Assembly: GCA_051942205.1 (NCBI GenBank)
Contig: JAVECO010000040.1
Location: 62,001 to 126,000 of the forward strand
Direction: 5' to 3'
DNA length: 64,000 nucleotides
Origin: Coniocarpon cinnabarinum
Lineage: Eukaryota
Shown here in pieces: positions 12,535 to 23,929 of this stretch (positions are counted from its first letter, which is position 1; the number at the start of each line of letters is the position of its first letter). Under the pieces are notes generated by a model, which saw only the letters and a list, made by a program, of their open reading frames with translations, was not told the DNA's origin and did no database searches. The translations under genes were made by a program, and so were the position numbers.

Positions 12535-15500
12535 ATGGTTGTGCCTGCCATTGATACCCCCCGAACTGACTTTGCCGCTTCCGTGACCAACCACGCGCAC
12601 CAGCTCGCCGACTTCACGCAATCGTCAATACCTTCACCATCCAAGGACAGGAATGACCTCGTCAAGGGACTCCGTGGTCGGCGAACATTTGAACCTAGAT
12701 CACCACAGTCTCGCCCACCCTTTGGCGAGCTGCGCAACTTACCAAATGGAAAGCCAGAGTTCACGCCCCTTCTAAAAAGTGCAACCCGCAATCGATCAGT
12801 CTTTGCAGGCAAAGAAAACCTCGGTATCAATGGACACAAGCCGGCGACTCCAGCTGGCTTCCGTGAAAGCTATAGAAGCGACTTGCCCGACTTGCCCGAG
12901 CATTCTTCGGTCCTGTATGAAGATGACACCGGAAGTGAACAGGAGAGGGGAGCCACTCCCCGGGTTCCACAGAGCAGTAGTAGTGTTCTTGCGACGCCTA
13001 TACCTGCGCTTGAGAGGAATGGACGCGGCGGTCTTGGCGAGGCGCAGTATGGCAATCTGCGCGAGCAAGAAGCGGTATGTCGACCAGTTGCAGGAACATT
13101 GAAAAATGGCTGCTGACGACGCCTAGCGCGTAGAGCAACTCGATAAAGACAATTTCGGCCTGAGGCTGAAGATCCATTATTTGGAGGAAGCGCAGAAAAG
13201 GGGCGGCAAGGAATTCAATGAGATCCTGGTCAAACAGCTGACAGATCTTCAAATCGACAAGCTTACGCTGCAGAAAGACCTTAGACATTATCGCAAGCAG
13301 TACAATCAGTCTCAAAAGGACCTTGAGAACAAGTCGAGGTCAAATGACGAGTCTGTGAATGAGGAGATCGACAAGCTCCAACAAACCCTGGCTGAAAAGG
13401 AGGACGAGCTTAAAGCTATTCAAGACTCAAACGACTCATCCGAAGATCTTCGAAAGGAAATTGAAAAACTGCGAGACGACAACGGGGACTTGGAACATGA
13501 GTTGCGCCAAAAAGATCAAGAGCTCGACGAGAAAGACGACTACATCGACGAACTCAAAGCATCGACAGCACACAACGAGGAGATTAAAGAGTTGCAAAAA
13601 CAGCTTGAAGAACGCGAGGAAGATGTCAAAGGCTTGCAAGATGCACTTCGAACAGAAGCTTCAGAGCACGATCGAAAGTTGCGTGAGAAGGATCGCGCAT
13701 TGGAGCTCAAAGACGATGAGGTCCGCGATTTGGAAGAGGAGCTTAAGAGTGCGGGTCGAGAAGAATCGTTCGCAGCGAAAGGGCGAGAGCTCAGCGATCA
13801 ACAACTTGAGATTGATCGCGTCCGCGAGCAACTTGAATCAAGTGCTGCAAAGGCGAAAACCGATATTGCTCATCTGAGGGCGCAGCTCGAGTTAGCCGAG
13901 AAGAAGATCGACTTTGAGTCCCGCGAGCGACAACGTGAAGTTGAGGAAAGAGATGAAGAGATACAGAGGCTGGAGCAGAAGGTTTCAACCTCTCAAAATC
14001 GGCATGAAGATTTAGAGAACCTTCGTGACCAAATTTCGGACCTGGAAAGCGAAGTTCGGCAGAGGGAAAGAAAAATCGAAGAGCGAGAAGATCTTGTTGA
14101 TGAACTGAATGGCAAGATCAAGCAGATCGAGAACGATTCGGATGAGGAGCTCATGAGCGCACAAGATCGCATTCAGGAGCTGGAGCTCGAAAAGCAACGT
14201 AATCTTAAGGACCTCCAAGGTTTGCGTGATGCCGAAAGCAACGGGGAAGCTGAACGATCACAGGCACTGCTGACTGCACAATCGCAAATCCATGAGCTTG
14301 AGTCGTCGGCAAAACATGCAGGCGATGCCGAGAAGCAATTGCAAAGGGAGATGCATCGCCTCAGAGACGATATCAAACGTCTCGAAAAAGAGCTGGACGA
14401 ACGAGAATCCGACATGCAAGACAGAAACAAGGCGTGGGATAGTCAACGCGACGTCTTGGAGTCTGCTTGCACAAGAGCAGAAGAGAAAGCCAAGAGCTTG
14501 GAGAACGCTATCTCCAAGCTTCGTGAATCTGAAGGCACGCTCTCTGGGAAGGAAATGGCTCTGCAGAAATTGCTGGAGGATGAGAAAGACCAACACGTCT
14601 CAGCTCAAGTCTCTTTTCAGAAGCAGCTCGAAGAAGCAAACTCCGAGCGTGCGCAACTTAAGGAGTCTTTGCGCCAATTGAGAGATCGCCTTCGAGAAGC
14701 TGAGACAGGGAAGAACGAGAACTCGGAGGAAGCGAAAGCCCTGCAGGACAAGATTCAGTCATTGGAGGACGAAATCGAAGTACTTCAGTCTAGTCATGAG
14801 AAGGATGCTACTCGTTCTAGCGACGATCTTGCAGCGGCGCATTCGGAGACAGAGTCGCTTCGTCGTCAGCTAACAGGTGTCAAGAATGATCTTGCCAGAG
14901 CGCAGGCCGATCATTCGTCTGCCGAATCACGACTTGCCAATCTTCAACAACCACGACGCAGTCCAAGTCCACAGACGACCCCGCGCGCTACTCGGCAAAT
15001 GCGTGAACGACTTCAGCAGCTTGAGTCCGATAGACAAGCTGCTGCAAAGCTCAGAGCAGAATTGGAACAGGTTAATACCGAACGCCAAGCTCTACAGAAG
15101 CGTCTGGAGGAAGCTGAGGCGCGTCGCAGAGCTTCGCCAGACGATGCTGCCACTCTCGTTGACCAATCTTCGCCAAGTCGATCGTCTTCTTGTCGGCAGT
15201 CTGGAGACTCTGGAATATCGTCCCTCCGCTCTCAATTGAGTAACCTGCAGGAGGAGAAGGGGCAGCTTGAGGACGACCTTGACTTACTGTCATCCGACTT
15301 CGAATCCGCGCTATCAGACCGCAATGCTGCCCTCGGCACGGTTCGTGATCTTCGCAAACAGCTCTCAGACGCCGCACGAGCTGCAGATCACAAGTATCAC
15401 AGCCAAGTCGCGGAGTACGAACGTGACATCGCCAACCTTGAAGACGAGCTGTCTTCCTCTCGAGCGGGTCAACGCGAACAAGAGATCAAAGCAGAGTCTA

Positions 15501-16330
15501 CCAACGCGACTGTTGCACGTCTGCGAAAACGACTAGAGGGCGCAGAAAACGACCTTGCCACGTCCCGTGCCCGAGAGCGGACTTCTTCTGAAAGCCCGGA
15601 AGCGGGCCGTCGTGAGCGTCGAGAACTGCAAGACGCAATCAGACGCGCGGAGCGCAAAGTCGACGACCTGCAATCACAGATTGCAGACAAAGACGCCGAG
15701 ATCGAAAGTACACGGGTCCGACACTCAGACCTGCAGTCCCAGCTTCAAAACCTGCAACGAGATCGTCGCAACGCCGCGTCTCGCGCCGACAACCTCTCCA
15801 ACGAGCTAGCACAGCTCCGTGCGTCAAGCATAGACGACGCACAGCTCCAGAAGCTCCGCAGTCGACATGCGTCTGAACTTCGCGGACTCGCAAAACAAAT
15901 CCAGTACCTTTCCGCAAAATGCACGCGATCAGAACGTCTACGCCAAGACGCAGCGTTCGCTAAATCATACGTTGGAAAGGTGGTCGAAGTCTACGCACGG
16001 GTTCATAGAATGGACCTGCGTCTCGTGCGCGAAATGGGTATCAGTGTACCCCTCGACGACGCGGAACCATTACAGCAACCTCGCAAGCTGGGGGGTGGCG
16101 TCGATGCCACGCCACGGAGTGTGAAGAAGCGTCGAGACGTTGAGGAGGAGCCCATCTTGCGACGGAGGGAGAAGAGACCGACTTTACGGCAGGTCGGGCT
16201 AGTGATGAGAGCGGCGGTTAGAGTGAAGAAGCGGATGCTGGAGTGGAGGGTTGTGCAGAAGGAACATGAGGGTGTTTTAAAGAAGTGGCGGAGTTTGAGG
16301 GATGAGCGGAAGATGCGCAAGGTTGGATAA
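12535..16330 (+). CDS. pcp1: Spindle pole body protein Pcp1/Spc110 (CM1/Cnn_1N domain, coiled coil, PACT domain)
   Basis: After one intron (about 13075-13126) the frame reads EQLDKDNFGLRLKIHYLEE (CM1 motif). A long coiled coil follows, then a C-terminal PACT-like HASELRGLAKQIQYL...RLVREMGI...PTLRQVGLVMRAAVRVKK. Confidence 0.88.
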
Positions 16331-17358
16331 TGTCTTGATGAGTGTTTGGTAGCGTTTGGATTGCCTAAGCGATGCTCTTGGGTAGAGATTTTCCATTCAT
16401 ATCTGCGTAATAAAAGCAGTGCAAAGTATTGAGAACGACCTCAACCTCGATGAGGTCCGCTTGTACCGTTCAGCTTGACACTGAATGTACGCAGATACTG
16501 CAAAGCTCTTTATCCGATAGGCCAGTAATTGTGTGGGCCGGGATCATTTCAATGGTGTCACTTTTTTCATATTCCGGGTTTTCCTCGCCCTCACACTTTT
16601 TCACCCTGACGGCTCATTCAAAGAGGTTGATCCTGCACGATTACCTGCAACAAGGTCCTTTGATTTACCATAGGGGCCGCTGTCCATCCCGTTGCGCTAT
16701 GGCGTTAATTTATTGTTTAGCTTATATCTACAATGTAAGCGCGAAAACCTGCAATGTCTATAGTAGCCAGTGTACTTAGTGAGCGCAACGTAGCGAATGG
16801 TTGAGCTGCTACACTGCTCTAGGCACTCATTAGATAATCAAAGCCGATATAGGTTCCACTAATAGCTGAACTTATAGTAGCTATAGTTTACTCGAACGAG
16901 TAGCGGAGAAGCAGAAATTGCTTAGAAAGAAGATCGGAAATAGGACTCTACTTTAGTGACATTGGTAATGTTAAGGGCCAATTGTTGATCTTGTAGTTGT
17001 TCCCCTCGTCAATGTTACCATCGCCGCTGCCGCCGCTACTGTTGTGAGTAATGGCAACGTTATTATTCGTATGTCAGTCCATCCTCCCGATCACGCCATT
17101 TTTGCCATATAAAAGGCGATTGCCGGTAAGGACGTTTCTTAGCAGCAGTTTTGATTTGGTCATGTTTCTCTTGGTTGATATGTGATAGTGATGAAATCGG
17201 TAAAGGCATGAGTGCTCTACTAAGAACACTGAGACTGGCTAGCATTTCCCGGTGAGCAATTACATTGAAAGTTCATTTTCTGTAGATGCAATCGATGCTG
17301 GTGAGCCTGCCAGAAAGTTGACTTTATATCACGCTTTCATACATTGACTCATGAGCTA

Positions 17359-17396
17359 ATGACCGCTCCGAATTGCTATGACCGCTCCAAATTGCT
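17359..17396 (+). repeat. 19-bp tandem direct repeat (2 copies, 1 mismatch)
   Basis: atgaccgctccgaattgct followed immediately by atgaccgctccaaattgct. Confidence 0.85.
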
Positions 17397-17715
17397 AATA
17401 GTCTTTTCATCAGGTGTGGCGTAGGAGCGTAAGCTGAAACACAAACTTATTGGGGCTTTCTAGCATTGAGAAGAGCCTGTCGTGGAGTCTGGTTTTGAAT
17501 GAAAGCGAACTCCTCTAATTTGGAATGTCCTCAGCACTCGAGATACCTTAATTAAGCATAAAGTTCAAGATTGCAGTGCTTCGATTTCGGGGGGCGATCG
17601 CAAAATGCGCAGAGCGGAGGTCCGCTCCTAGATTGATGAGCATCTGAAAGGTGTCAACATGATCATGAAAAATAGTGCAAGTTAGCGGCAAATTTCCGAG
17701 ACCTTCGTGAGCCCT

Positions 17716-19359
17716 TTAGTTTGGATCCATGCCGCATCCGACGAGACGTCCGCACATGTTCGTCTTACCAGCTTCGGCTGCACAATGAAGTGCATTTCCA
17801 TACCAGTTCTCTCTCTGGAGATCAACGTTTCTCTCTCTGAGGAGCTTGACAGTTTCCAGATGGCCAGCACTGGCCGCAAAAATGAGAGCCGTTGTTCCAA
17901 CAGCTGCAGTTACCTGGTTCAACATAGATGGATTTGTGTTTGCGAAAATAGCTGCCAAATCGGGGATGCCTGCCTGGAATTTGTCAAGTCAGCCAGATAG
18001 CAAGAACAGCGTGCAAGACTCTGAGTTTGTCCGCTATGAAAGTGCTTATCGTGTTCGTGGAGGCTCAAAATCCACCAGTGATTATGTGAGAAGATTCAGC
18101 CCTACCTGGTAAGCAATAATAAGAGGTGTGATACTCCATGCTTCGTCAATGGCAAAACAATTTTCCATGTGACCCTTCAACCAAGCGCCGTATTGGTAAA
18201 TGAAGCACATATTCGGTCTCTGTTTGGAGATCATATTAATCCAGTGGTATAGACTGGTATTGGAAAGCGGCTTCAGATGGATGATCCAATCTCGCGATAA
18301 GCAATGGAGAAACGGATGGCTCTCCGAGTAAGATCGGAGATCCTGGATTGGGCCGTTGCTGAAAGCTGGATCTTGGATATAGCTGATCGTCAACGATGTC
18401 AAAGCTGCTCGTGCTCGTCTTGATAGTCGATATGGAAGTAGACGACGCGGGCTTTTTTGCCTTCTGAAGTGTGTCTCAGGAAGTTGATAATTGTAGACGT
18501 CAATGTCGTTTTACCTGACCCAGGAAGGCCCTGGCACAAAATAACGCATCCAGGGATATAATTCTGAATATGCATAGAATCGAACGAATCTTTTGGCGCT
18601 TTCTCCATGCTCATTGCGTGTTTTGAGTAGTTAACATCTGTTTCAGTGTCTTGATGAGGGTCCAGCCATTGTCTGAAGGTCGGATCAAATAGGAACCAGG
18701 AAAGAGTATACCCTACTCTCCCTTGCCTGACGCTACTGTGTTTAGCCTCTTGGTCGGCGCAGTTTGAGGAGTTTAAACGTCCGTCTAAGGCGTTAAGTAT
18801 CTTTTCTCGCTGCTGTTCTGTCGTCGACGTCTTCAACTGCATCAGCCCCTGGTCGAGCTGGAGCTCTACCCTTTTCATTGTGCTGTCGAGTGATGTCAAA
18901 ACGTTCAGATTCTGCATCTGTACTTGAGAACATTGGGAGGCATGCTCTACCGATTTCGTGAGTAACTGAATAATGCCCAAACTTATTGCAAAGTGTAGAA
19001 CACCGGAAAAGGTGCGGACCTCGTGCAAAGTCTCCTTATGGTGATCCTCTTTAAGAATCCATTTCAGTCTCTCCGTTTTGGACTTTTCGGCTTGTTCAAG
19101 GTCATCAAAGAAGCTGCATTAGTTTCTCGGCACAGGTGTCCGCACCCTTCACAAGGATGGATTGTCTACTGAAGACGGGCGTACAAGAGCTCGCTGAAAT
19201 ATCCTGCGCAGCTCTCAAATTGGTCTCGAGTATCGTGAACTCAATACACAATTGCACAGTTTCATCACGAGCACGACAAATAGACTTAATCAACACAATC
19301 ACCTTATGAATCGTCTCAATGAGCCCAAAAGTCGCCGTGGCGATGGCAAAGACGTCCAT
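17716..19359 (-). pseudogene. Fungal NLR-like gene remnant: HeLo-like N-terminal domain + NACHT P-loop + ankyrin repeats
   Basis: N-terminus MDVFAIATATFGLIETI.. with RLKWIL after a 1-nt frameshift at about 19107. Walker A CQGLPGSGKT. The frame breaks at 18399-18402, jumping directly to post-NACHT sequence (LTISYIQDPAFSNGP; HPFL), with no Walker B. Ankyrin repeats TALIFAASAGHLETVKLL and NALHCAAEAG follow after in-frame stops. Confidence 0.85.
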
Positions 19360-20170
19360 TGCGCCCTGTCAGATCCTTTCCACTGAGCTGGGAGGATGGC
19401 CTCGGGTCTCAGCGTTGTGCTAGACCTGGTTTCCCCGCCCTGTAGGCAGAAGCAGGCATTCCGTCTGCCTTGCTGTACCTAGTTCGGTCCCAAATAACCC
19501 CGCAGTCCGAAAGAACGGAAGGGCCACGCAGCCACCAGCACTTAGATTGCGCCGCGGGACATTCGAGCCACTAAGACCCGTCATTGAGATGTTTCGTGAG
19601 CACAAAGCCGGGAAAAAGTGCTGCTGGCGGTTCTCTCATTAGGTTTGGTAACTCCCTTGTTATCCGCAGACGACTCACAATCGCGCTGAACATTGAATGA
19701 GATGTCTGAGACTTATCGGCCGCCAATATGTTTGAGCCGACTTCTTTCGATGCCCTAAAACATGCGAGGAATGGTAGGACCGGAGCCAACACCATATCGA
19801 AGACTTCAGAAAGTCCTTGATCTCGATCGCTAAGTTTGGTAAGTAGATGTAAAGGCACGCCACTTGGATCGAAATATTCCTGTATAGTACGTTCTTATTC
19901 AATACGCCTTCCAAGTCTGTTTGAAATACTGCGCTCCGAATTTTCCTTCTGTGGTAGGCACATCGGATTTGCGAGAGTCTCTAAAGCATCTAGTCGTCTT
20001 GTCGCAACCTAAGCCAGTCCCAAACAATTGCTCATGGTCACTTTCACAGAGGATAACTTTTCGGGCCCTGTGCGGAAATCTTTAGACATAACCGTTCTTC
20101 CAAGTGGCGAGTCTTCTTAAATCTTGTCAAATCTGTTCTGTCAATTGGCTGCTTCACTGGCAGCGACGAC

Positions 20171-20707
20171 ATGTGCAAAGCATTCAAGATCAGTACCGAG
20201 CATACTCCAGACGATGAGCAGTCTCAAACCACGCTTAGAAATGCCTCTTCGTCGACGCAGCGAACCATGCCACGAGTGACGCCAAGCATGAGGAGAGCGA
20301 TAACCCGTATCTTCGTGCCGGCTCTGCCGAAGGCCACCTGGCGTGTAATCTTCACCAAAGACCAGTGTCGGGAATACATCGACAAGCTCATTGTCGGTCA
20401 TGACCAATATCTCCCTTTAGATCACGAGCTGTGTTGGGACTATAGCCGTTCGCTCGACTTTCCGACTTTCACTGAGATGAGGAAGATTGTGCGTGTGGCG
20501 GGTAGGAGCCGAGAATGCAATGCGACAGCGCGACAGACCCTGGCCCGCTACATTCACACTCATCGCGACTGGGTGGTAGCTTGCAACGGCAATGATACCA
20601 TCAGGCCCGGGAGTTTCTACGGCGAGGAGCTGAGATGCCTGCGACGGACTTTGCGGATGTGTGACGAGCAAAGTCCATCTCCAGCAACATTGCGAACACG
20701 GCGTTGA
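20171..20707 (+). CDS. Hypothetical protein (orphan; likely start MPRVTPSM at about 20267)
   Basis: 178-codon uninterrupted ORF with protein-like composition; no family recognised. Confidence 0.45.
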   Translation: MCKAFKISTEHTPDDEQSQTTLRNASSSTQRTMPRVTPSMRRAITRIFVPALPKATWRVIFTKDQCREYIDKLIVGHDQYLPLDHELCWDYSRSLDFPTFTEMRKIVRVAGRSRECNATARQTLARYIHTHRDWVVACNGNDTIRPGSFYGEELRCLRRTLRMCDEQSPSPATLRTRR

Positions 20708-21525
20708 TGGGACCATGTGCAGCCATTGCTGAGATAGCGATTGTCAGAATTGAGGATTCGTATCGTGACGGCTCACTTGTTCAGACGTAGCGGCTGATTT
20801 TGATACGAAATCAGCAAATGTTGGAGAGTAATCTTGTTGCCTTGGAATAAAGGCAGCAAGCCAGGGGGCTGCCAAGGTCTGGTACCAGGAATCGTGGCGC
20901 AAATACCTCAGCGCAAAAGCGACCTCATTGCTTCAAAATTTTGGACTTCGTCAAGACTTCTATTCGACAAAGGCGGGCGTAAGATACTTTTAGAACCATT
21001 CTTTTTTCACACCCTGACTCATGCGATCTAACCTCGTTTCTTGAGGCTCGCAATGTAGGTAGTGACGGTAGTCTTAAAATATCTTGAAGTACCTTTTGAA
21101 CGGCTCGAGTGCACTTAATTGGGCCGGTGATGGATGAGCCCCGCCACTGGCAGTGGGCTTTTCAGGCTTACGCCTTTCATCTTCATGCCCGAAATTTCGG
21201 TCGACTGAGAGGAAAATGATCACAACTTCCAACGAAATGCCTAGTCTTGATCGGCTGACACTCAAAAAACGCGATGGGATGATCAACTGTCCTCAGAACA
21301 ATGCCAGATCATCTCAAGTCGTTCGCGCACTGAAAATCATCCCAAAATGGCAAGAACGGCAAACGAACAAGTCTAAGCAGCACAGCGCGGGAATTTTGGC
21401 ATTACGATCCAGGTATTGGGGGACGCTGGCTTGCATTCTGATTTTTCAGATTCTTCCTGTAGGGACACTCAGGGCAATCGGCTCTCCTACAGCGCTTTGA
21501 AAGTGGATGTACCCTGATCGAACAG

Positions 21526-22161
21526 ATGCGCGGCTGCTCAGCTAATGATTCTGAGGAAGGCGGAAACTCTGCACCGCAGCTGGACCACACTCAGCAGGAA
21601 GACTTTGCTGGCATCCAGCAATATGCCACTGGAGAGCCACCGGTCGCTTTCGAGCAGATTCATCACCCCGTAACGACAAGACATCCGTCGATTGTTCCAT
21701 CTTTGCATGGGTACTTGAAGTTGTTGCCTATTGAGTTGCAGCAGTCGGTCTTGCGCAAGCTGGCAAATCACGTGGACAGCTTGCTTGACGAGCACAGAGA
21801 CGTTCCAGCCGGTTTTCATTGGATCTGCTGGGCCCAAAGCCATCCAAATGTAACGTTGCACTTCACCTGGTTGCATCACAATCGGTGGAGCAGTATCAAG
21901 CGCATCATTGCCCTGGCCAGAAGGAGTGTGTACGCATCTGTACTCGCGACAGGCAGGGTCGAGTTGCGACTGAAGGAGATTGATAGAAACATCGATAAGT
22001 TGAAGGAGGAGCAAGCGGCGTGTAACTTCGAGCAGGCCGCTTTCAATATTTCTCACAATCTTTCGCGAATCACGGCGGCTCGGAAGTGTCTGCAGCAGCT
22101 GCACTCCTCACTGACCTCAAGAGGCGATTCTGACGGTCAGCCGCAAAATCGGGACACGTAG
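21526..22161 (+). CDS. Hypothetical protein with C-terminal coiled-coil-like segment
   Basis: 211-aa ORF; ELRLKEIDRNIDKLKEEQ is heptad-like. The 5' end is uncertain and may include upstream exons. Confidence 0.5.
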   Translation: MRGCSANDSEEGGNSAPQLDHTQQEDFAGIQQYATGEPPVAFEQIHHPVTTRHPSIVPSLHGYLKLLPIELQQSVLRKLANHVDSLLDEHRDVPAGFHWICWAQSHPNVTLHFTWLHHNRWSSIKRIIALARRSVYASVLATGRVELRLKEIDRNIDKLKEEQAACNFEQAAFNISHNLSRITAARKCLQQLHSSLTSRGDSDGQPQNRDT

Positions 22162-23080
22162 CACACACTTCAGTGTTGCCGTGGCGAGTGTGAAGACAAT
22201 ATTCCGGCGATGTAGTCCACTATTGGAGCGATGAGCGATATTAGCTAGGCAGCCAAGCACACAAGCTACGGTCTGCCGGCGCCTTGAATCCCAAAGCACA
22301 GTCTGGCTCATTGCCAAGTCCCAGGAATACATCCCAAGCGATGTAAAAAGCGTCCAGACGTTCCCCTCTCTAGAGAGCGACGACTTCCTTCCGGGGGCAC
22401 CCTTTTCTAAGGCGATATGTGCAGGCACACAACATTCTTGCTGGCGCAAACACGACGCTAAGCTACGAAGACCTCGCAACATGTCTAGTGCTTATGCTCT
22501 TGAGTCGTTAAAACTTTGAGTAACATTGACGCGTCGTGTACGACAAGCACATTTAGCCGAAAGTCTTTGAGCTACATTTCTTCGGGAAGATGCATACATA
22601 TAGGCTTGTGAGAGCTGGGACCCCTCAGTCTCGGTGCGCGGGATGCACAATTTGCGCTTCACAACTATTTCGCACTTGATTCGCTGTCATGTGGCCCTGG
22701 AGTGGTTCATGATCACAGGACCAGTGCGTTGAGGCGAAGCAAGACTGGAAAACTTGATTTGCTCGAACTTGCTTCGACGCCAAGAAAGACCATGACATCG
22801 CGTTTGGAACGTCCTGCTCAATGATTGCAGCTGCGCCATACTAGAATATCATGCATTACCTAGAGCATATTGCATTTCTCTACACGAATCCATCGAGTAG
22901 CAGAAATCTCAGTGCTCGTGCACAGGCGTCGCGTTCTCCGTTGCTTCGAACCTGCTGAAAAGTAAACCAATCTGACTCAAAAGTGGTTTCATAAACATAC
23001 GGCCGGCCTAATTGCAACTTCATCCACCATAAGATGAAGACGTGTGATCCTCAGAGGGCAGTTCTGCAGTCGAGCGTGAT

Positions 23081-23929
23081 TCAGCGACGTGGATTCCTTC
23101 CCATATTTTTATGTTGCCATATTTCCATTCCGTGAAGGGTTTTCTTGTAACACCAGAGCCGGAATCCTCGTGTGTCATCCTGGTATCTTGGTCTGTCGAC
23201 GTACACGTCATCCACTTTGTCACAATAATTGTATCCTGCTTGAATGCTTCCTTGACAGTGCTGCTGCGAATCCTCCCCTGCCTCGTCGAGATGAGATGGA
23301 TGCAACACCAGCGCGGATCTCAAAGCCAAGTGCCTGACATCCCTCTCGAGGGACTGAGCAAACGGCATGTGCAAATGCCCAATCAAGATAGTTCTGGTAT
23401 CGATCTGAGTCCTGAGCTGATCCCCGCGCGTGGCCGTTATCCCCCAAAACTGCAGGACCTCGACATCGTCGTCGGTGAAATCGGCGTTCTGAACAAAGAT
23501 CTTGATCTCCTCTTGTCGGTTGCTCTGGTCCTTTGCCGAGCGTATTTCCTGTGCCACGATAGTGCAGAAGAAGACAAGTCCCATGCAGCGCAGACTCTGC
23601 ATGATGGCTAATTCATCGTAACTCCCATCCAGCCTTCTGGCCACGTAATTCACGATCCGCCAGGGAAATACCATGTAGATCTTGTCAATCTCGTGAAGGT
23701 CGCAATATCCCCACAGCTCATCTTTGATCCGGTCCCATTCTGTATTGTCCCTTGATTGCCACCATTCCGTTTTGATCGCTTACAAGACCTCTCTGGCCTC
23801 TGTCTGTGCGGCGGTGTCGCGATCATGCTTGTAGTCTATGTGCGGATGGGGGTTTGGGACTTTGTGTAGTGTTTGGCGCTGAAAGTTTCTGAAAGCTGTC
23901 GGTAGGGTAGGCGGGCGTGGTGGGTTCAT
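23081..23929 (-). pseudogene. SRR1-like domain gene with a premature stop
   Basis: The frame from ATG 23929 reads MNPPRPP...EAREVL*AIKTEWWQS...IDKIYMVF...IKIFVQNADFTDDDVEVLQFWGIT...IDTRTILI, resembling fungal SRR1-domain proteins. There is a single in-frame TAA at 23780-23782 (codon 50). Confidence 0.55.

Noticed and set aside
16700..16960. TpA-rich stretch as a RIP-mutated transposon relic
   Set aside because: Short, with no terminal repeats or transposase/RT motifs; cannot be supported without computing RIP indices.
17359..17396. Tandem repeat as CRISPR-like or terminal repeat
   Set aside because: Only two adjacent copies with no spacer; a simple local duplication in eukaryotic DNA.
21538..22104. 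188-aa minus-strand ORF
   Set aside because: Fully antisense to the more protein-like 21526-22161 ORF; no independent evidence.
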